In this document: positions 1 to 8,438 of the stretch, piece after piece
Layout: every line of letters starts with the position of its first letter
How positions within the stretch are numbered: position 1 is the first letter of the stretch
NCBI GenBank assembly: GCA_030835185.1
Contig: JAUQWL010000019.1
Coordinates: forward strand, 1-51,408
Length of the DNA: 51,408 bases
Reading direction: 5' to 3'
Origin: Solirubrobacterales bacterium
GTDB lineage: Bacteria > Actinomycetota > Thermoleophilia > Solirubrobacterales > 70-9
Made by a program: the position numbers and the translations under genes
Notes under the pieces: generated by a model
Databases searched by the model: none
Told to the model about the DNA's origin: nothing
Seen by the model: the letters and a program-made list of their open reading frames with translations, nothing else

Positions 1-797
1 AGCGGCTGATCAACACGCTTCGCAAGCCCGAATCGGTCGTCGACCGACTCGGCGATCAGGCCGAAGGCCTCGCGGAGATCGCCCGGGCCTTCGCCGACTC
101 GGCGCCGGACGTGCCGCTGAACACGGAAATCGGGCCCCATAGGCGCATAGCCTGGGCCCGGGCCGAGCTGGCCGATTTCAAGAAGGTCAAGGACACCTTT
201 TCGACCACCGTCAACGACGTCGTCCTCGCGATCGTCGCCGGTTCGGTCCGCGAGTGGCTGATCGGCCGCGGGGTGCCCACCGACGGCCTCGAGTTGCGTG
301 CGATGGTGCCGGTCTCGGTCCGCTCCGAAGACGAGCGCGGCCACCTCGGCAACAAGCTGGCGACGATGCGTGCGCCGCTGCCGGTCTACGAAGAGGATCC
401 GGTCGCCCGGCTGGAGATCGTCACTGCGGCAATGGACGGCCTGAAGCAGTCGAAGCAGGCCCTGGGCGCCGAAACGATCGCACGTCTCAACGACTTCGCG
501 CCCCCTACCCTCCTCGCCCAGGCCGCACGCCTCACCTTTTCGACCCGCCTGTTCAACCTGCTGGTGACCAACGTGCCCGGTCCACAGATCCCGCTGTACC
601 TGCTCGGACGCCGGCTCGACGAGACCTTCCCGATCGCCTTCCTCGCCAAGAACCACGCGCTGGCGATCGGCGTGATGAGCTACGACGGGCAGGTCAACAT
701 CGGACTGCTCGGGGACTACGACGCGATGCCGGACATCGACCTGGTCGCCGCGGGCCTGAACGCCTCACTCGCCGAGCTGCTCGAAGCCGCGGCCTGA
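1..797 (+). CDS. Wax ester synthase/diacylglycerol acyltransferase (WS/DGAT) family protein, C-terminal part; the 5' end lies outside the window
   Basis: The frame stays open to the window edge and stops at TGA 795-797. The C-terminal DUF1298-type motifs 'LLVTNVPGPQIPLYLLG' and 'MSYDGQVNIGLLGD' are typical of the WS/DGAT family. Confidence 0.8.
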   Translation, partial: RLINTLRKPESVVDRLGDQAEGLAEIARAFADSAPDVPLNTEIGPHRRIAWARAELADFKKVKDTFSTTVNDVVLAIVAGSVREWLIGRGVPTDGLELRAMVPVSVRSEDERGHLGNKLATMRAPLPVYEEDPVARLEIVTAAMDGLKQSKQALGAETIARLNDFAPPTLLAQAARLTFSTRLFNLLVTNVPGPQIPLYLLGRRLDETFPIAFLAKNHALAIGVMSYDGQVNIGLLGDYDAMPDIDLVAAGLNASLAELLEAAA

Positions 798-822
798 CCG
801 GACGCCGGTCCGCCGGGGCCGC

Positions 823-2199
823 TCAGGATCCGGCCGATGGAGCAGGGGAACCGTGGCAGTCCTCGAACCTCAAGCCGCCACCGCAGCTGCAGGGGGTGTC
901 CGGGCCACGGGCGGCATCCCGCTTCGCGTACCGACTGGCGACCTCGGCCGGTGCCCTGCCGGCGCGCAGCAGGCCGCACATCAACCTGAGCGGTTCGTCG
1001 ACGTGGTGGAAGAACGCTTTGTATCCGTCGCAGAGATAGTTGAGACCGGGCTCACCGTCGGGAGTGTCGATGAATCGATCCTTGGGGCACCCGCCGTGGC
1101 AGGCGAAGCGCACGTCGCACTGGCGGCAGTACTTCGGCAACAGCCGCTTCTTGTTCAGTCCGAACCGGCGCTGGCGTGCCGAAGCGACGAGGTCGACCAT
1201 GTCATGGTCGGCGATGTTGCCGAGCAGGTACTCGGGCTCGACGAAATGGTCGCATGAGTAGAGGTCGCCGTTGTGCTCCATCGCCAGCGCGCCGCCACAG
1301 GTTTCGGAGTGGATGCAGAGACTGGGCGGCTCGCCGTACCAGTTTGCGAGGGCGACATCGAACATCTGCACGTAGACCCGGCCGATGTCGTGGCGTACCC
1401 ACTCTTCAAAGATGTCGATCAGGAACCGGCCGTATCCCTCTCCGGAGACGGAGCGTCCGGTGACGGCATCGCCCTCCTGCACGTACAGGGGACGATCCCG
1501 CCACGAAGACCACGGCACCGTCCCGTCCTCTGCCGCATCGGGGACGCGTTCGATGATCGGGATGAACTGCACGTACTCTGCGCCCAGTTCATCCCGCAGG
1601 AAGCAGTAGACCTCGCGGCCGCGCCCGGCATTCGCCGCATGGACGGTGGTCAGGACGTTCCAGTCCACACGCGCGGCACGCAGAGCATCCAGCCCGCGCA
1701 TCACCTGGTCGAAGCTGCCGCTGCCACCGCGGGTCACGCGGTAGGTGTCGTGTATCTCCCGGGGTCCGTCGATCGAGATTCCTACGAGGAAGTCGTGTTT
1801 CTTGAAGAACCGGGCCCATTCGGCGTCGAGCCTGGTCCCGTTGGTCTGGATCGTATGCTGGGCCCGCTGGCCCGGCTTCAGGTACTTCTTCGCTATTTCG
1901 ATCGACTTGCGGAAGAAATCGAGGCCCATCAGGGTGGGTTCGCCACCCTGCCACGCGATCGTCACCTCCGGCACCCGGGAATGGGCTTCGATCAGCTGTC
2001 GCAGGTATGCCTCCAGCGTGCTCTCCGACATGCGAAACCGGCTGTCCGGGTAGAGCATCTCCTTGGAGAGGAAGAAGCAGTAGTCACAGTCCAGGTTGCA
2101 CTGCGCGCCGGTCGGTTTGGCCAGGACGTGAAAGGACGGCGGTGCGCCAGGGGGCATCGTGATCGAGATGCCGCGCAACGACTCCGTTGCCGGCGTCAT
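823..2199 (-). CDS. Anaerobic sulfatase-maturating enzyme (radical SAM with SPASM domain)
   Basis: It has the 'CNLDCDYCFF' CxxxCxxC radical-SAM motif, 'AWQGGEPTL', 'IQTNGTRLD' and a Cys-rich C-terminal SPASM-like region ('CRQCDVRFACHGGCPKDR'). The overall layout resembles AslB/AtsB/anSME. The start is uncertain: ATG 2199, GTG 2205 or ATG 2157. Confidence 0.85.
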   Translation of the reverse strand: MTPATESLRGISITMPPGAPPSFHVLAKPTGAQCNLDCDYCFFLSKEMLYPDSRFRMSESTLEAYLRQLIEAHSRVPEVTIAWQGGEPTLMGLDFFRKSIEIAKKYLKPGQRAQHTIQTNGTRLDAEWARFFKKHDFLVGISIDGPREIHDTYRVTRGGSGSFDQVMRGLDALRAARVDWNVLTTVHAANAGRGREVYCFLRDELGAEYVQFIPIIERVPDAAEDGTVPWSSWRDRPLYVQEGDAVTGRSVSGEGYGRFLIDIFEEWVRHDIGRVYVQMFDVALANWYGEPPSLCIHSETCGGALAMEHNGDLYSCDHFVEPEYLLGNIADHDMVDLVASARQRRFGLNKKRLLPKYCRQCDVRFACHGGCPKDRFIDTPDGEPGLNYLCDGYKAFFHHVDEPLRLMCGLLRAGRAPAEVASRYAKRDAARGPDTPCSCGGGLRFEDCHGSPAPSAGS

Positions 2200-2245
2200 C
2201 GCCACTCAGCCTGCGGGGCCGGTGCCCGCAGGTACGTCCGTGCGA

Positions 2246-2563
2246 TCAGAATCCGAGGGCGAACTTCGCATCGTCGGTCATCATCTCCGGCGACCACGGC
2301 GGGTCGAAGATCATCTTCGGGTGTACGTCGCGTACGCCATCGAGGTTGCCGACGAACTCCTTCATCTGCTCGGAGACCTGGGGCCCGATCGGGCAGGCAG
2401 GGGTCGTCAGGCTGAAGGTGACGTACACGTCCGGCGCTTCGACCTCCACGTCGTAGACGAGGCCGAGCGAGACGAAGTCGAGGCCGAGTTCGGGGTCGAT
2501 CACCTCTTCGAGGGCTTCGTACACCTGCTCTTCGGAGGGCATCGTTATCTGGTCTTCAGTCAT
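2246..2563 (-). CDS. DUF59 (SufT/PaaD-like) Fe-S cluster assembly protein
   Basis: This 105-aa protein carries 'VIDPELGLDFVSLGLVYDVEV' and the conserved Cys in 'TTPACPIG', typical of the DUF59/MIP18 family. Confidence 0.8.
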   Translation of the reverse strand: MTEDQITMPSEEQVYEALEEVIDPELGLDFVSLGLVYDVEVEAPDVYVTFSLTTPACPIGPQVSEQMKEFVGNLDGVRDVHPKMIFDPPWSPEMMTDDAKFALGF

Positions 2564-2609
2564 GGACCCATTCTAGCTGGCGGACTCCCCGAAGCCATAA
2601 CCTTGCCCC

Positions 2610-3188
2610 ATGTTCGTCTTCATCCTCGCCCTGCTGATCGTCTGGCCGATCGCCGAGATCTATGTGATGGTCCTGGTCGCACAGGCGATCGGTTTCTTCT
2701 GGATGCTCTCGCTGGTCTTCCTCTCCGCCGTGGCCGGGATCATGGTCCTGCGCCACCGCGGGCGGGTCCATTGGCAGCGCCTCAGGGGTGCGGTGAGCGA
2801 GCGGCGCCCGCCGGCCCGAGAAGCCTTCGACGGCGTGATGATCACCACCGGAGCGGCGCTGCTGATCATCCCCGGGTTCATAACCGCCGCCCTGGGGTTG
2901 CTGCTGCTCTTTCCCCCGACGCGTTTCCTGGTCCGAATCGCCGTCTTCTTCCTGTTCGCAAGCCGGTTCAGGGTGGCGACCTCGACCGCCACCTGGACCG
3001 CGTCGCGCTACGGCGGCCACCAGGCGCAGTCTTACGACATGGACGGCGAGGCCGTGGACGTGACCGATCGGCCCGACGGCATGTCGCCTCAACTGCCGCC
3101 CGGCAGTCGCGGGCCTTCAGAGGATCGTCCCGAGGCGAAGAGTGGAAGTGACGGCCGTCGCGAGAGTGACGGCGAGGACGGGAAGTGA
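2610..3188 (+). CDS. fxsA: FxsA family membrane protein with a charged C-terminal tail
   Basis: The N-terminal segment 'LLIVWPIAEIYVMVLVAQAIG' and 'IIPGFITAALGLLLLFPPTR' match the FxsA signature. The ATG at 2610 lies 46 bp from the divergent DUF59 gene. Confidence 0.8.
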   Translation: MFVFILALLIVWPIAEIYVMVLVAQAIGFFWMLSLVFLSAVAGIMVLRHRGRVHWQRLRGAVSERRPPAREAFDGVMITTGAALLIIPGFITAALGLLLLFPPTRFLVRIAVFFLFASRFRVATSTATWTASRYGGHQAQSYDMDGEAVDVTDRPDGMSPQLPPGSRGPSEDRPEAKSGSDGRRESDGEDGK

Positions 3189-3976
3189 AGACCCGCTCGG
3201 TTGAAATCATCGACCCGGAGAGCGGGCTGTTCGTCAGCCTGACCGCCGGCGGCTCCGGAGCGATCATGCTCGGTCAGCACGTTCTTGCCGCATCGCCGAT
3301 TCCCGACAACGGGCTCGACCGGCTCTCGGACGGTCCGCTCGAGCTTGAAACCGAACGCGGGTCGCTGTCGGTCAGGATCGGGCCCCAGGGAGAGCCGATA
3401 GTGCTTCAGGGTGAGATCACCGGCCGCCGGGAGGCGCGGCTGGCCCGGATCCGCGGCGAGCTTCGCGAAGGCGATCGCACGATCGACCTGGACTGCCGGG
3501 GGGTCGTCCATTCACATGATGATTCAGGCAGGATCACCGAGCTCAGCCGCGACCTGACCATCGTGCTTTCGGACGGAGGGCTGATATCCATCGTCGCGGG
3601 ACGCGAGCCGGGTGCGGAACGCCACAGTGCGGAGGAAGCGGTTGCGGCGATCTCCCACCCGGGCGGCTACATCGATTTCGACCAGGTTCTGCTCTCGACC
3701 GAGTACGACACCTCTGGACGACAGCAGCGAGCCACGCTGGAGCTCTGGCCGGCATCGGAGGAGATCTCCGCGCTCCACGGTGCCGGGACGGTCGTCGCCG
3801 GCAGCACGGCGAAAACCGGAAGCGGGCGGATCAATACGGCGCTGTTCCGGTGGGCACTCGACGGTTACAGCGGTTTCGGCAGCTACGAGATCAGGATGGG
3901 TCCTGCGGGTTCCGACGACCCCGCGGAGGTGGCGGAGACAAGCGCGGCGACGGAGAGTCCGGAGCAGCGGGGATGA
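3185..3976 (+). CDS. Hypothetical protein (263 aa, soluble, no recognisable domain)
   Basis: Its GTG start overlaps the fxsA stop (GTGA at 3185-3188), and its stop overlaps the next gene's start (ATGA at 3973-3976). Codon bias is like its neighbours. I recognised no motif. Confidence 0.55.
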   Translation: MKTRSVEIIDPESGLFVSLTAGGSGAIMLGQHVLAASPIPDNGLDRLSDGPLELETERGSLSVRIGPQGEPIVLQGEITGRREARLARIRGELREGDRTIDLDCRGVVHSHDDSGRITELSRDLTIVLSDGGLISIVAGREPGAERHSAEEAVAAISHPGGYIDFDQVLLSTEYDTSGRQQRATLELWPASEEISALHGAGTVVAGSTAKTGSGRINTALFRWALDGYSGFGSYEIRMGPAGSDDPAEVAETSAATESPEQRG

Positions 3977-4608
3977 GTCGGATCGAAATGGTGATCTCGG
4001 ACTTCGGCGGAGTGCTGACGACCCCGCTGGTCGAGTCGTTCATGGCGATCCAGGACTCTGTCGGGATCTCCCCCGAGCAGTTCGGCCGGGCCCTGGCAGA
4101 GAGCGCCGCGGTGACCGGCGCGAATCCCCTGTTCGAGCTCGAGTGCGGACGGATCACCGACGACGAGTTCACCGGCCGCATCTCTGACGCGCTCGAACCG
4201 ATCCTCGGGCATCGGCCCCGGTTTCGTGAGTTCGGGCTGACCTTCTTCGAGGCCCTCCATCCCAATCCCGGCATGATCGATCTGATCCGCGAGGTGAAGA
4301 GAAACGGCTATCGCACGGCGCTGCTGACCAACAACGTCAGGGAGTGGGAGCCGATGTGGAGGTCGATGCTGCCGGTCGACGAGCTCTTCGAGACCGTGGT
4401 CGACTCCGGCTTCGTCGGCTGCCGCAAGCCTGATCCGAGAATCTACGAACTCACCCTGAGCCGGGTCGACCTGCCGGCCGACGCCTGCGTCTTCATCGAC
4501 GACCTGGAAATCAACTGCGAGGCCGCGGTCGACCTGGGCATGAAAACGATCCAGTTCCGGGAGACGGCGCAGGTCAGGGTCGAGCTTCACCAACTGCTCG
4601 GGATGTAA
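3973..4608 (+). CDS. HAD-superfamily hydrolase (subfamily IA-like)
   Basis: It has the motifs 'VISDFGGVLT' (motif I), 'ALLTNN' (motif II) and 'CVFIDDLEIN' (motif IV). The ATG at 3973 is translationally coupled to the upstream ORF. The longer tracked ORF from 3850 is out-of-context upstream extension. Confidence 0.8.
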   Translation: MSRIEMVISDFGGVLTTPLVESFMAIQDSVGISPEQFGRALAESAAVTGANPLFELECGRITDDEFTGRISDALEPILGHRPRFREFGLTFFEALHPNPGMIDLIREVKRNGYRTALLTNNVREWEPMWRSMLPVDELFETVVDSGFVGCRKPDPRIYELTLSRVDLPADACVFIDDLEINCEAAVDLGMKTIQFRETAQVRVELHQLLGM

Positions 4609-4770
4609 GCCTTTGGCGGCGATCCGGCAGGTCTGAACCGGAACCCGAAGCGCGCCCGCCGCCTGCGGCCGGGTCGTCGCCGGCCGGCGGCGCCGAAAGT
4701 CCGGGGTGTGGGCCGATGTCCGTCCGTCGCCAGAGTCGAAAGAAATCCACAGGAAGGCCGGCTGTCAGCG

Positions 4771-4875
4771 GCCGGGACGGGTCAAACAGCGGGACGGGAA
4801 CGTCGGGACGTGGCAAACAGCGGGACGGGAACGTCGGGACGGGAAGATCGGGACGACGGGAACGTCGGGACGGGT
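4771..4875. repeat. Imperfect tandem repeat, 31-bp unit x3 plus a 12-bp partial copy, G-rich on the + strand and C-rich on the - strand
   Basis: The units are 4783-4813, 4814-4844 (29/31 identical to the first) and 4845-4875 (last 18 nt identical). The core is GGGACGGGAACGTCGGGACG. It sits in the convergent intergenic region and ends at the stop codon (4875-4877) of the minus-strand gene. Confidence 0.9.
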
Positions 4876-5405
4876 CAGTTGTCGGAACCGATGCGGTCCC
4901 ATATGTAGAGGTCGACTGCTTCCGAGGCGAGCGCCATCAACCGCTCGGGCGAAAGCCACCCGACCACGGTCTCCAGCGCCAACTCCTCGGTCAGTCCCTC
5001 TTCGAGGACCTCTTCACCGCGGAAGCCCGCGGCAAGCTTGAGTGCCTCGCGGCGATGCTCGCCGAGCGTGCCGAACGCGCCCATCAGAAAATCCCGGTTC
5101 GGCACCGGCTGGCCGAAATCCATCGAGCCGTGCCAGGCCGCCAGCAACGACAGATCCTCCTGGTCGAGATCGGCCAGGGCGCGGGCGTACTGGGCTTCGA
5201 GGTCCTTTTCGGGGATCTCGTCGACCCATGCACGCAGAGCCTCTCCCAGCAACTGCCTGCGTGCCTCCCGACCGATCGAATCGGAGATCACATGAATCGC
5301 ATCGGCTGGATCGACAAAGCAGAGAGACACGGGCGGACCGTCCTTGCTGTGGTGGGTCTGGTCACCAGTGAAGATAAACCCGGCGCAGGACGTAAAAACG
5401 GGCAT
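4875..5405 (-). CDS. Hypothetical protein (about 150-176 aa)
   Basis: Only the C-terminal third of the tracked 453-aa ORF reads like real protein; the remainder is antisense to addB. Candidate starts are ATG 5405, GTG 5408, or GTG 5330 preceded by AAGGACGG. It is divergent from addB. I recognised no family. Confidence 0.45.
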   Translation of the reverse strand: MPVFTSCAGFIFTGDQTHHSKDGPPVSLCFVDPADAIHVISDSIGREARRQLLGEALRAWVDEIPEKDLEAQYARALADLDQEDLSLLAAWHGSMDFGQPVPNRDFLMGAFGTLGEHRREALKLAAGFRGEEVLEEGLTEELALETVVGWLSPERLMALASEAVDLYIWDRIGSDN

Positions 5406-5480
5406 CACGAACCCGGAAATTGCGGACTGGCAGCGGGTTCTGTCAGATCCGCCCGCCGCGTCCGACTCTAAGGTGAGCCG

Positions 5481-8438
5481 ATGCCTCTCTCGATCATCAA
5501 AGGACCTCCGAACTCGGGCCGGACCGCGCAGGTTCGCCGCGCCTATGAGGAGCAGGTGCTGAAGAGGCCGGTGCTGGTCGTTCCGTCCACCGACGACATC
5601 TTCGACTGGGAGCGCCGGCTGAACCGGAAGCGCAGTGCATTTCTGGGAGCCCGGGTGATGCATTTCAAAGACCTGGTCGGCGAGATACTGGAGCTGGGTC
5701 CGGCGGACCGGGAACGGACGGCGTCGGCCCTCAGGCGCCGCAACCTCGTGGAGCAGGCATTGTGGCGTTCCTGGAAATGGCTCGCCGAGCGGATCGATGG
5801 CCAGCCGGGGCTGATCGATTCCGTACTGGAACTGATCGACGAGTTCAGAGCCGCCCGCATCTCCCCGAGCGGCCTGAGCCTCGACATCGAGACCGGCACG
5901 GTCTTTCTGAACGAGATCGCTGCTGTCTACGGCTCCTACGTCGAGCTCCTGGACGACAGCGGTCTGACCGACCTTCCGCAGCTGGCGATGAAGGCGGTCG
6001 GCCAACCCCTCGATGACTGGCAGGGAAGACCGGTCTTCGTCGCCGGCTTCGACGACCTGTCGACCCAGCAACTCGACCTTCTCGAGAAGCTCGCCGAAGT
6101 GACCGAGGTGACGGTCGCGATCACCCACGAGGTCGGGAACCCGGCCATGGCGGTGACCGAAACCCTGCTCCAGCGCCTCGAATCCCGCGGTGGCGCCGTC
6201 ATCGAAACCACGGATCGAACCGACAGGGGCGAGCACTCTCAGCTGCTGTTCGAGATCGAACGCAACTTCATGAGGCCCGGGAGAACCGGAACGCTGACCC
6301 CCGGCGAAGGACTCACCGTTATGACTTCCTCCGGGTATCGAGGCGAAACCGAAGCGGTTGCCACCGAGATCGCGAAGTTGATCGAGGACGGAGTCAGCCC
6401 CGGGGAGATCGCGATTGCGGTCACGGCACCCGCCGTGAACGGAGGACGGTTCCAGGCCAACCTCGCGCGTTTCGGTGTTCAGGCGACCCTCGAATGCGAG
6501 ACGTCTGCGACGGCGACGGCGACCGGACAGGCCCTGATGAAACTCGTCCGCGCTTCATCCCCCGGCGGCACCGCGGCCGACCTGTTGAGCTGTCTGAGAG
6601 GACCGGTCGGGGTCGACCGGGCCGCCACCGACTGGCTGGAGCGCGTGGTCCTTCGCGACGGCATCGAGTCAGCGCAGGTGGCAATGGCAAAGCTGAACGA
6701 TCGCGGAATACCCGCTCCACCCGGCTGGTCCCGACTCTCATCCGATGGCCCGGCCGATCTCGGCCAGGCCGTCGAAGAAGCGATCACCGCGATACAGAAA
6801 GCGATCGTCGACGGTGGGGTCGCCGGAGCGCCGGAGTCGACCATCGCCACAGAACTCCAGACGGGCACCGCGATTGTGCGGGCAGTGCGCGAACTGGAGG
6901 AAATCGGTGAAGGAAAGGTGTCGCCGTCCAACTTCATCGAGGCCTTGAACAGCGGTGCGATAAGGACCTGGGCGGTTCCCACGGTCGGCACGGTACGAAT
7001 CGCGAGCCCGTACAGTCTCCGGGCAAAACGGTTCGAATACATGTTCATCGTCTCCCTCCAGGAGAGCGGACTGGGCGACGCCGGACGGTCGGGACCCTTC
7101 CTCACGGAGGAATCGAGGCTTGCGCTCGGACTGCCGGAACACACCGACCCGGAACTCCAGGAGCTCTATCTCTTCTACTCCTGCCTGACCGTCCCGACCC
7201 GCGGGCTCTACCTCTCGTCCCGGATCGCCGATGACGGCGGCTCGGCGGAGTTCCCGTCGCCGCTGGTAGCCGCGGTCGGAGCGCTCTTCGAAAACGATGG
7301 TGAAGGAATCCGCAGGGCCGGCAGGAAGGCTTCCGAGATCCTCGTCCGACCCGGAGCAGCGCCTTCGGCCGATGAACTCTCACGGGCGGTGATTGCGTCC
7401 GGTGGCAACGACACAGGCCTGCTCGACCTTCCCGAGGGTGAGCCCGAAAGGCTGGCCGAGAGGATCAGGCGCGCCGCCGGGGCCGAAGCCAGGACCAGGA
7501 GGATCGCCCCGCTCGAGTGCGCGACCGTGCTCGACGAGCTGAGGGCGAAGGACCACTTCAGCCCCACCGCCCTGGAGGCCTTCACCGAATGTCCCTACCG
7601 CTGGTTCATCGAAAAGGCAGTGCGCCCATCGCGCTTCGGACCCGAACCGGAGGCGATGGCGCGAGGCAGACTGATTCATGAGGTACTGGCGGAGCTCTAC
7701 CGGGAGAGGCCGGACAGGGTCCCGCGGAGCGATGATCTTCAGGAGTGGGTTTCGGCTGTCGCTCCTGCGGTCGAGAGCCACGCCGCCGACGGGGAAATCG
7801 GGTTGGGGAGCTCCTCCCCTGAACACGTGATGCTGCGGATGGCAGCCGTGGATGCGATATGCGACCACCTGGGGCGCGAAGCACGGGCTGAGAGTCCCTC
7901 GTTCTTCCCGCTCGAAGTGGAGACCGGGTTCGGACTCGACCCGGATGGCCACCCCGCGCTGGAAATGGACGGCTGGAAACTGTCGGGGCGGATCGACCGG
8001 ATCGACGTTTCGGGCGACGCTCGAACCGGCGTCGGCCGCCGCGGTGTTGTCTTCGACTACAAGACCGGCACCACGTCGGTCACAACACTGGCCGAGACCG
8101 GGAAGGGCCGCAAGCTCCAGCTCCAGCTCTATCTCCATGCGCTGCGGAAGATCTGGCAGGTCGAACCGACTGCCGCGCTGTACCTGCCGGTCTGCCGCGG
8201 GGACGGGCGGCCCCGGGGCATGATCGATCCCGACTTCGCCGACGACGTGGCCTACCTGAATCCTTTCGGCACCGATGTCTGCGATGACCTCGGGCGTAGC
8301 ATCAGCGAGGCGGTCGAGATGGCCGACGAGGCGGTCGCCAGAATCCGCGGCGGGCTGATCGACCACGACCCGGCGGACTGCCCGGTCCACTGCAAGCATC
8401 CGGCGACGCCGGATCCGAGACTGGCAGAGGCCCGATGA
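5481..8438 (+). CDS. addB: AddB-type helicase-nuclease subunit (PD-(D/E)XK nuclease, degenerate P-loop)
   Basis: The N-terminal 'IIKGPPNSGRT...PVLVVPSTDD' resembles the AddB/RexB N-terminus. The C-terminal RecB-family nuclease has 'ECPYRWF', 'GRIDRID' and 'VFDYKTG' plus trailing cysteines. An AAGGTGA SD precedes the ATG. The stop overlaps the addA start (ATGA at 8435). Confidence 0.8.
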   Translation: MPLSIIKGPPNSGRTAQVRRAYEEQVLKRPVLVVPSTDDIFDWERRLNRKRSAFLGARVMHFKDLVGEILELGPADRERTASALRRRNLVEQALWRSWKWLAERIDGQPGLIDSVLELIDEFRAARISPSGLSLDIETGTVFLNEIAAVYGSYVELLDDSGLTDLPQLAMKAVGQPLDDWQGRPVFVAGFDDLSTQQLDLLEKLAEVTEVTVAITHEVGNPAMAVTETLLQRLESRGGAVIETTDRTDRGEHSQLLFEIERNFMRPGRTGTLTPGEGLTVMTSSGYRGETEAVATEIAKLIEDGVSPGEIAIAVTAPAVNGGRFQANLARFGVQATLECETSATATATGQALMKLVRASSPGGTAADLLSCLRGPVGVDRAATDWLERVVLRDGIESAQVAMAKLNDRGIPAPPGWSRLSSDGPADLGQAVEEAITAIQKAIVDGGVAGAPESTIATELQTGTAIVRAVRELEEIGEGKVSPSNFIEALNSGAIRTWAVPTVGTVRIASPYSLRAKRFEYMFIVSLQESGLGDAGRSGPFLTEESRLALGLPEHTDPELQELYLFYSCLTVPTRGLYLSSRIADDGGSAEFPSPLVAAVGALFENDGEGIRRAGRKASEILVRPGAAPSADELSRAVIASGGNDTGLLDLPEGEPERLAERIRRAAGAEARTRRIAPLECATVLDELRAKDHFSPTALEAFTECPYRWFIEKAVRPSRFGPEPEAMARGRLIHEVLAELYRERPDRVPRSDDLQEWVSAVAPAVESHAADGEIGLGSSSPEHVMLRMAAVDAICDHLGREARAESPSFFPLEVETGFGLDPDGHPALEMDGWKLSGRIDRIDVSGDARTGVGRRGVVFDYKTGTTSVTTLAETGKGRKLQLQLYLHALRKIWQVEPTAALYLPVCRGDGRPRGMIDPDFADDVAYLNPFGTDVCDDLGRSISEAVEMADEAVARIRGGLIDHDPADCPVHCKHPATPDPRLAEAR

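Noticed and set aside
823-2199. The radical SAM/SPASM gene as the core of a RiPP biosynthetic cluster.
   Set aside because: The sequence matches the anaerobic sulfatase-maturase subfamily along its length. No precursor-peptide-like small ORF, protease or transporter flanks it. A Cys-type sulfatase is present in the window as a plausible substrate.
4771-4875. The possibility that the tandem repeats here and at 37781-37850 are small CRISPR arrays.
   Set aside because: The units are directly abutting, with no unique spacers between them. The periods are only 31 and 20 bp, and there are no cas genes in the window.
4706-5471. Plus-strand ORFs (66-251 aa) that read through the 31-bp tandem repeat and give repeated 'GTGTSGR/RDGNVG' peptides.
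   Set aside because: The repeat period of 31 bp is not a multiple of 3, so the peptide repeat is not maintained in frame. The ORFs also overlap the better-supported minus-strand gene, and no start context is present. I treat the region as non-coding repeat DNA.
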